From SAR86 cluster bacterium AG-339-G14 (GTDB taxonomy: Bacteria; Pseudomonadota; Gammaproteobacteria; Magnimaribacterales; AG-339-G14): 58,126 nt of DNA. The notes beneath the pieces were generated by a model. It made no database searches. It had not been told where the DNA came from and saw only the letters and a program-made list of their open reading frames with translations. How positions within the stretch are numbered: position 1 is the first letter of the stretch; each line of letters opens with the position of its first letter. A program made the position numbers and the translations under genes. The DNA is taken from contig QCAB01000003.1 in the NCBI GenBank assembly GCA_003282105.1, forward strand, positions 1 through 58,126, read 5' to 3'. Positions 55,393-58,126 of this stretch are shown here, piece by piece.

Positions 55393-55767
55393 TTATGAAC
55401 TCGTTTGTAATTTTCTTAAATTATAGCCAGCAATTATCGCAAGAATAAATAAAGCTGGGATATCGCCAAGAAAGTGTCCCATTTCATGGGTATCGATTAT
55501 CGCCTGATAGGACATAATCCCACCATGTACCAAACTACTCCAAACTACAAACCAAACAAATAAAGGATTTTTTAAAGGATCATTTGCAGCGATTAGCATC
55601 ATAATACCAAGGGTCATATACACCCCTTGAATCATCATTTCATATTCCCATTGTCCTGGACTCCAAGCCCATCCTCCAAGTGGATCCAATTTCATCATCG
55701 GCATTATTAAAATGAATGCTACACCGAATATCCTTAATGTAATTTTTAAAATTGATAAGTTATTCAT
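55393..55767 (-). CDS. Integral membrane protein, unknown function
   Basis: 124 aa with four helices, Trp/His-rich. First gene downstream of the tRNA. Confidence 0.5.
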   Translation of the reverse strand: MNNLSILKITLRIFGVAFILIMPMMKLDPLGGWAWSPGQWEYEMMIQGVYMTLGIMMLIAANDPLKNPLFVWFVVWSSLVHGGIMSYQAIIDTHEMGHFLGDIPALFILAIIAGYNLRKLQTSS

Positions 55768-55812
55768 ATCTCCCCCTTCTCTTTATCAACGCTTATATTT
55801 ATTGCCCTGTAA

Positions 55813-55888
<76 letters not shown>

Positions 55889-55963
55889 AAAATTAGATTT
55901 GTATTGTACTAATATTCTCGAGATTTCTGTTGCTTATATCTGTATTTTTTTTACAATTTTCAA

Positions 55964-57862
55964 ATGATTAATGAAGAAAAAGAAAATTTATCCTTCGACC
56001 CTGAGATATTAAGAGAAAAGTATCTGCAAGAAAGAGACAAAAGAGTTAGAGCCGATGGTAATGATCAGTACGTTGAAGTCAAAGGCGACTTTTCTTATTT
56101 TGTTGAAGATCCTTACGTTACAGAAAGTATTTCCAGAGAACCCAATACAAACACCTATCACACGATTGTAATTGGTGGCGGCTTCGGAGGAGTTTTAAGT
56201 GGAGCGAGACTTAGAGAACAAGGCATAAATGATTTTAAAATTATTGAAAAAGGTGGAGACTTTGGTGGCACATGGTATTGGAATAGATATCCTGGTGCTT
56301 CCTGCGATATTGAATCTTATATTTATTTCCCCTTACTAGAAGAAACTAATTTTATTCCGAAAAGAAAATATACCAATGCGCCTGAAACATTGGATTACTT
56401 CAATGTAATTTCTGAAAAGTTCTCTCTAAAAGAGAACGCGCTATTTCAGACTGAAGTAAATGAAGTTAAGTGGTTATCTGATGAAAAACTTTGGTGTATT
56501 AAAACTAATCGACAAGATTCAATTAAAGCTAAGTTTGTGATTCATGCTAATGGCTTTTTAAATAAACCAAAACTTCCTGCGATAAATGGGATAAACGATT
56601 ACCAAGGCCATACATTTCATACGAGTAGGTGGGATTACGATTATACTGGTGGTGATTCAAACGGAAATTTAGAAAATCTTAAGGATAAAAAAGTAGCAAT
56701 CATTGGTACTGGAGCTACTGCCGTTCAATGCGTGCCACATTTAGCAGCGAGTGCAGAAAAACTTTACGTTTTTCAAAGAACGCCCTCTTCTATAGACGAG
56801 CGAAACAACTCAAACACTGACGAAGAATGGTTTAAGTCACAAAAAAAAGGTTGGCAAAATGATCGTAGAGAAAATTTTGAAGGATTTTTAACAGGATCTT
56901 TTTCAAATAGAGATTTGGTGAATGATGGCTGGACTGAAATATTCAGAACTATTCTTGGAGGCCTAATGAATAATGGTCCAAGTAAGTTAAAAATATTTTC
57001 TTGGGTTATTTCGGCTCCTTTTTATAGTGATTTTTATAAACTTGGCTTGAAAACTTACATCAGAAATGAATTCATGAAATTCATCAGTAGAAAAGACATC
57101 AGTCAGAAAGTAGAAATGATAGATTTCCAAAAAATGGAAAAAGTTAGAAAAAGAGCGGAAGAAATTGTTAACGACCCTCAAACAGCTGAGTCTTTAAAGC
57201 CTTATTACAGGCAGTTGTGTAAAAGACCATGTTTTCATGATGAATACTTACAATCCTTCAATAATGATAACGTTGAGTTAGTTGATACCGACGGCAAAGG
57301 TGTAAAAGAGATTAACGCTAAAGGAATTGTTCATGATGAAAAAGTATACGAAGTTGATTGCATAATTTTTGCTTCGGGTTTTGAAGTTGGGACGGATTAT
57401 TCAAGAAGATGTGGTTATCAAATAACTGGAGTTGATGGAATAACTCTAAGCGAAAAGTGGAAAAATGGTCTTTCTACTTTTCATGGAATTCATTCCAAAG
57501 GATTCCCAAATTGTTTTTTTTACGGTCCAGGACAAGGCCCATTTACAGCTAATTTTACTCACTCGTTAGATGAGCAAAGCTCTCACGTGGCTTATATTTT
57601 AAAATATTTAGATAATAAAAAATTAAATTTTGTTGAAGCTTCTGATAATGCTGAAAAAGAATGGAATGAAACAATAATCTCGAAAGCAAGAAATATGGAA
57701 AGTTTTCAAGAAGCTTGTACACCAGGTTATTACAATAACGAAGGAAAACCGAATACAAATCCTCAAAACAATTCTTATGGGGGTGGCGCTTTAGAGTATT
57801 TTGAGCTCCTAGGCAGCTGGAGAAAAAACAATAAGCTTCAAGGATTAGTTACTGCTGAATAA
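55964..57862 (+). CDS. Type I Baeyer-Villiger (flavin-containing) monooxygenase
   Basis: FAD motif GGGFGG, FGGTWYWNRYPGASCD, the BVMO fingerprint YQGHTFHTSRWD and the NADPH motif GTGATAVQ. Confidence 0.85.
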   Translation: MINEEKENLSFDPEILREKYLQERDKRVRADGNDQYVEVKGDFSYFVEDPYVTESISREPNTNTYHTIVIGGGFGGVLSGARLREQGINDFKIIEKGGDFGGTWYWNRYPGASCDIESYIYFPLLEETNFIPKRKYTNAPETLDYFNVISEKFSLKENALFQTEVNEVKWLSDEKLWCIKTNRQDSIKAKFVIHANGFLNKPKLPAINGINDYQGHTFHTSRWDYDYTGGDSNGNLENLKDKKVAIIGTGATAVQCVPHLAASAEKLYVFQRTPSSIDERNNSNTDEEWFKSQKKGWQNDRRENFEGFLTGSFSNRDLVNDGWTEIFRTILGGLMNNGPSKLKIFSWVISAPFYSDFYKLGLKTYIRNEFMKFISRKDISQKVEMIDFQKMEKVRKRAEEIVNDPQTAESLKPYYRQLCKRPCFHDEYLQSFNNDNVELVDTDGKGVKEINAKGIVHDEKVYEVDCIIFASGFEVGTDYSRRCGYQITGVDGITLSEKWKNGLSTFHGIHSKGFPNCFFYGPGQGPFTANFTHSLDEQSSHVAYILKYLDNKKLNFVEASDNAEKEWNETIISKARNMESFQEACTPGYYNNEGKPNTNPQNNSYGGGALEYFELLGSWRKNNKLQGLVTAE

Positions 57863-57864
57863 AA

Positions 57865-58126
57865 TTAATTTGCAATCGTGATCCGATGCAATAATCGGTC
57901 ATATCCATCGTACCCACCATCTGCCATATGCATAACAGTTCGATTGTCCCACATCAGCAGCATATTTTCTGACCATTTATGACGGTATATAAATCGCTCT
58001 TGGGTCATGTGATCATACAATTTCAATAATAATAAAAAAGATTCTTCTTCATCCATTCCATGAACATGAGATGTATAAACAGGATTCACAAACAAACATT
58101 TTTGATTGGTTTCTGGGTGAATTTTT
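57865..58126 (-). CDS. TauD/TfdA-family Fe(II)/2-oxoglutarate dioxygenase, C-terminal part only (5' end outside window)
   Basis: The frame stays open to the window edge (KIHPETNQKCLFVNPVYTSHVHGM...). The C-terminus carries MWDNRTVMHMA...R. Confidence 0.7.
   Translation of the reverse strand, partial: KIHPETNQKCLFVNPVYTSHVHGMDEEESFLLLLKLYDHMTQERFIYRHKWSENMLLMWDNRTVMHMADGGYDGYDRLLHRITIAN

Overview
The window is strongly AT-rich, very gene-dense bacterial chromosomal DNA. Many neighbouring genes overlap by 1-20 nt or share ATGA stop/start junctions. No rRNA genes, CRISPR arrays, transposases or integrases were recognised. My guess is a streamlined marine heterotroph, possibly a SAR86-like gammaproteobacterium. 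That guess rests only on gene content, the E. coli-like tRNA-Ala(GGC) and base composition.

Content in order:
- ATP-grasp/alpha-E pair (5' end cut by the window edge), MscS channel, purU, and a reverse-transsulfuration pair.
- DUF707 protein and a tandem DsbA-like protein.
- Fatty-acid/acyl-CoA cluster: a FATP-type and a second acyl-CoA synthetase, two SDRs, a crotonase, a hydroxyacyl-CoA dehydrogenase, and a frameshifted membrane gene.
- Cupredoxin-like lipoprotein followed by an orphan 997-aa secreted protein.
- A 1.5-kb three-gene cassette (HLD-II haloalkane dehalogenase, TIGR03643 protein, one hypothetical) bracketed by about 160-bp near-identical direct repeats. The repeats duplicate the 3' end of the 997-aa gene.
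- A third acyl-CoA synthetase and a second haloalkane dehalogenase of the HLD-I type with a lipoprotein signal.
- TPP enzyme and CBS-pair protein.
- Two-component/c-di-GMP cluster: TonB-C mini-protein, hybrid kinase, a REC protein, a HisKA-REC-GGDEF protein and an EAL protein.
- DUF5916-like outer-membrane protein, oligopeptidase B, and an S1-protease autotransporter.
- Glutaredoxin, a ferritin-like gene with a Fur-box-like operator, and a sirtuin.
- PhyH dioxygenase, hflX, strings of micro membrane ORFs, a P450, a phosphoribosyltransferase, a TonB-dependent receptor, a purine permease and RidA.
- tRNA-Ala(GGC), a Baeyer-Villiger monooxygenase, and a partial TauD-family dioxygenase at the right edge.

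The most unusual item is the repeat-bracketed dehalogenase cassette. Next are the cupredoxin/giant-protein module and the Hpt-less phosphorelay with a HisKA-only GGDEF protein.

All functional calls come from motif recognition by eye. No database search was run.
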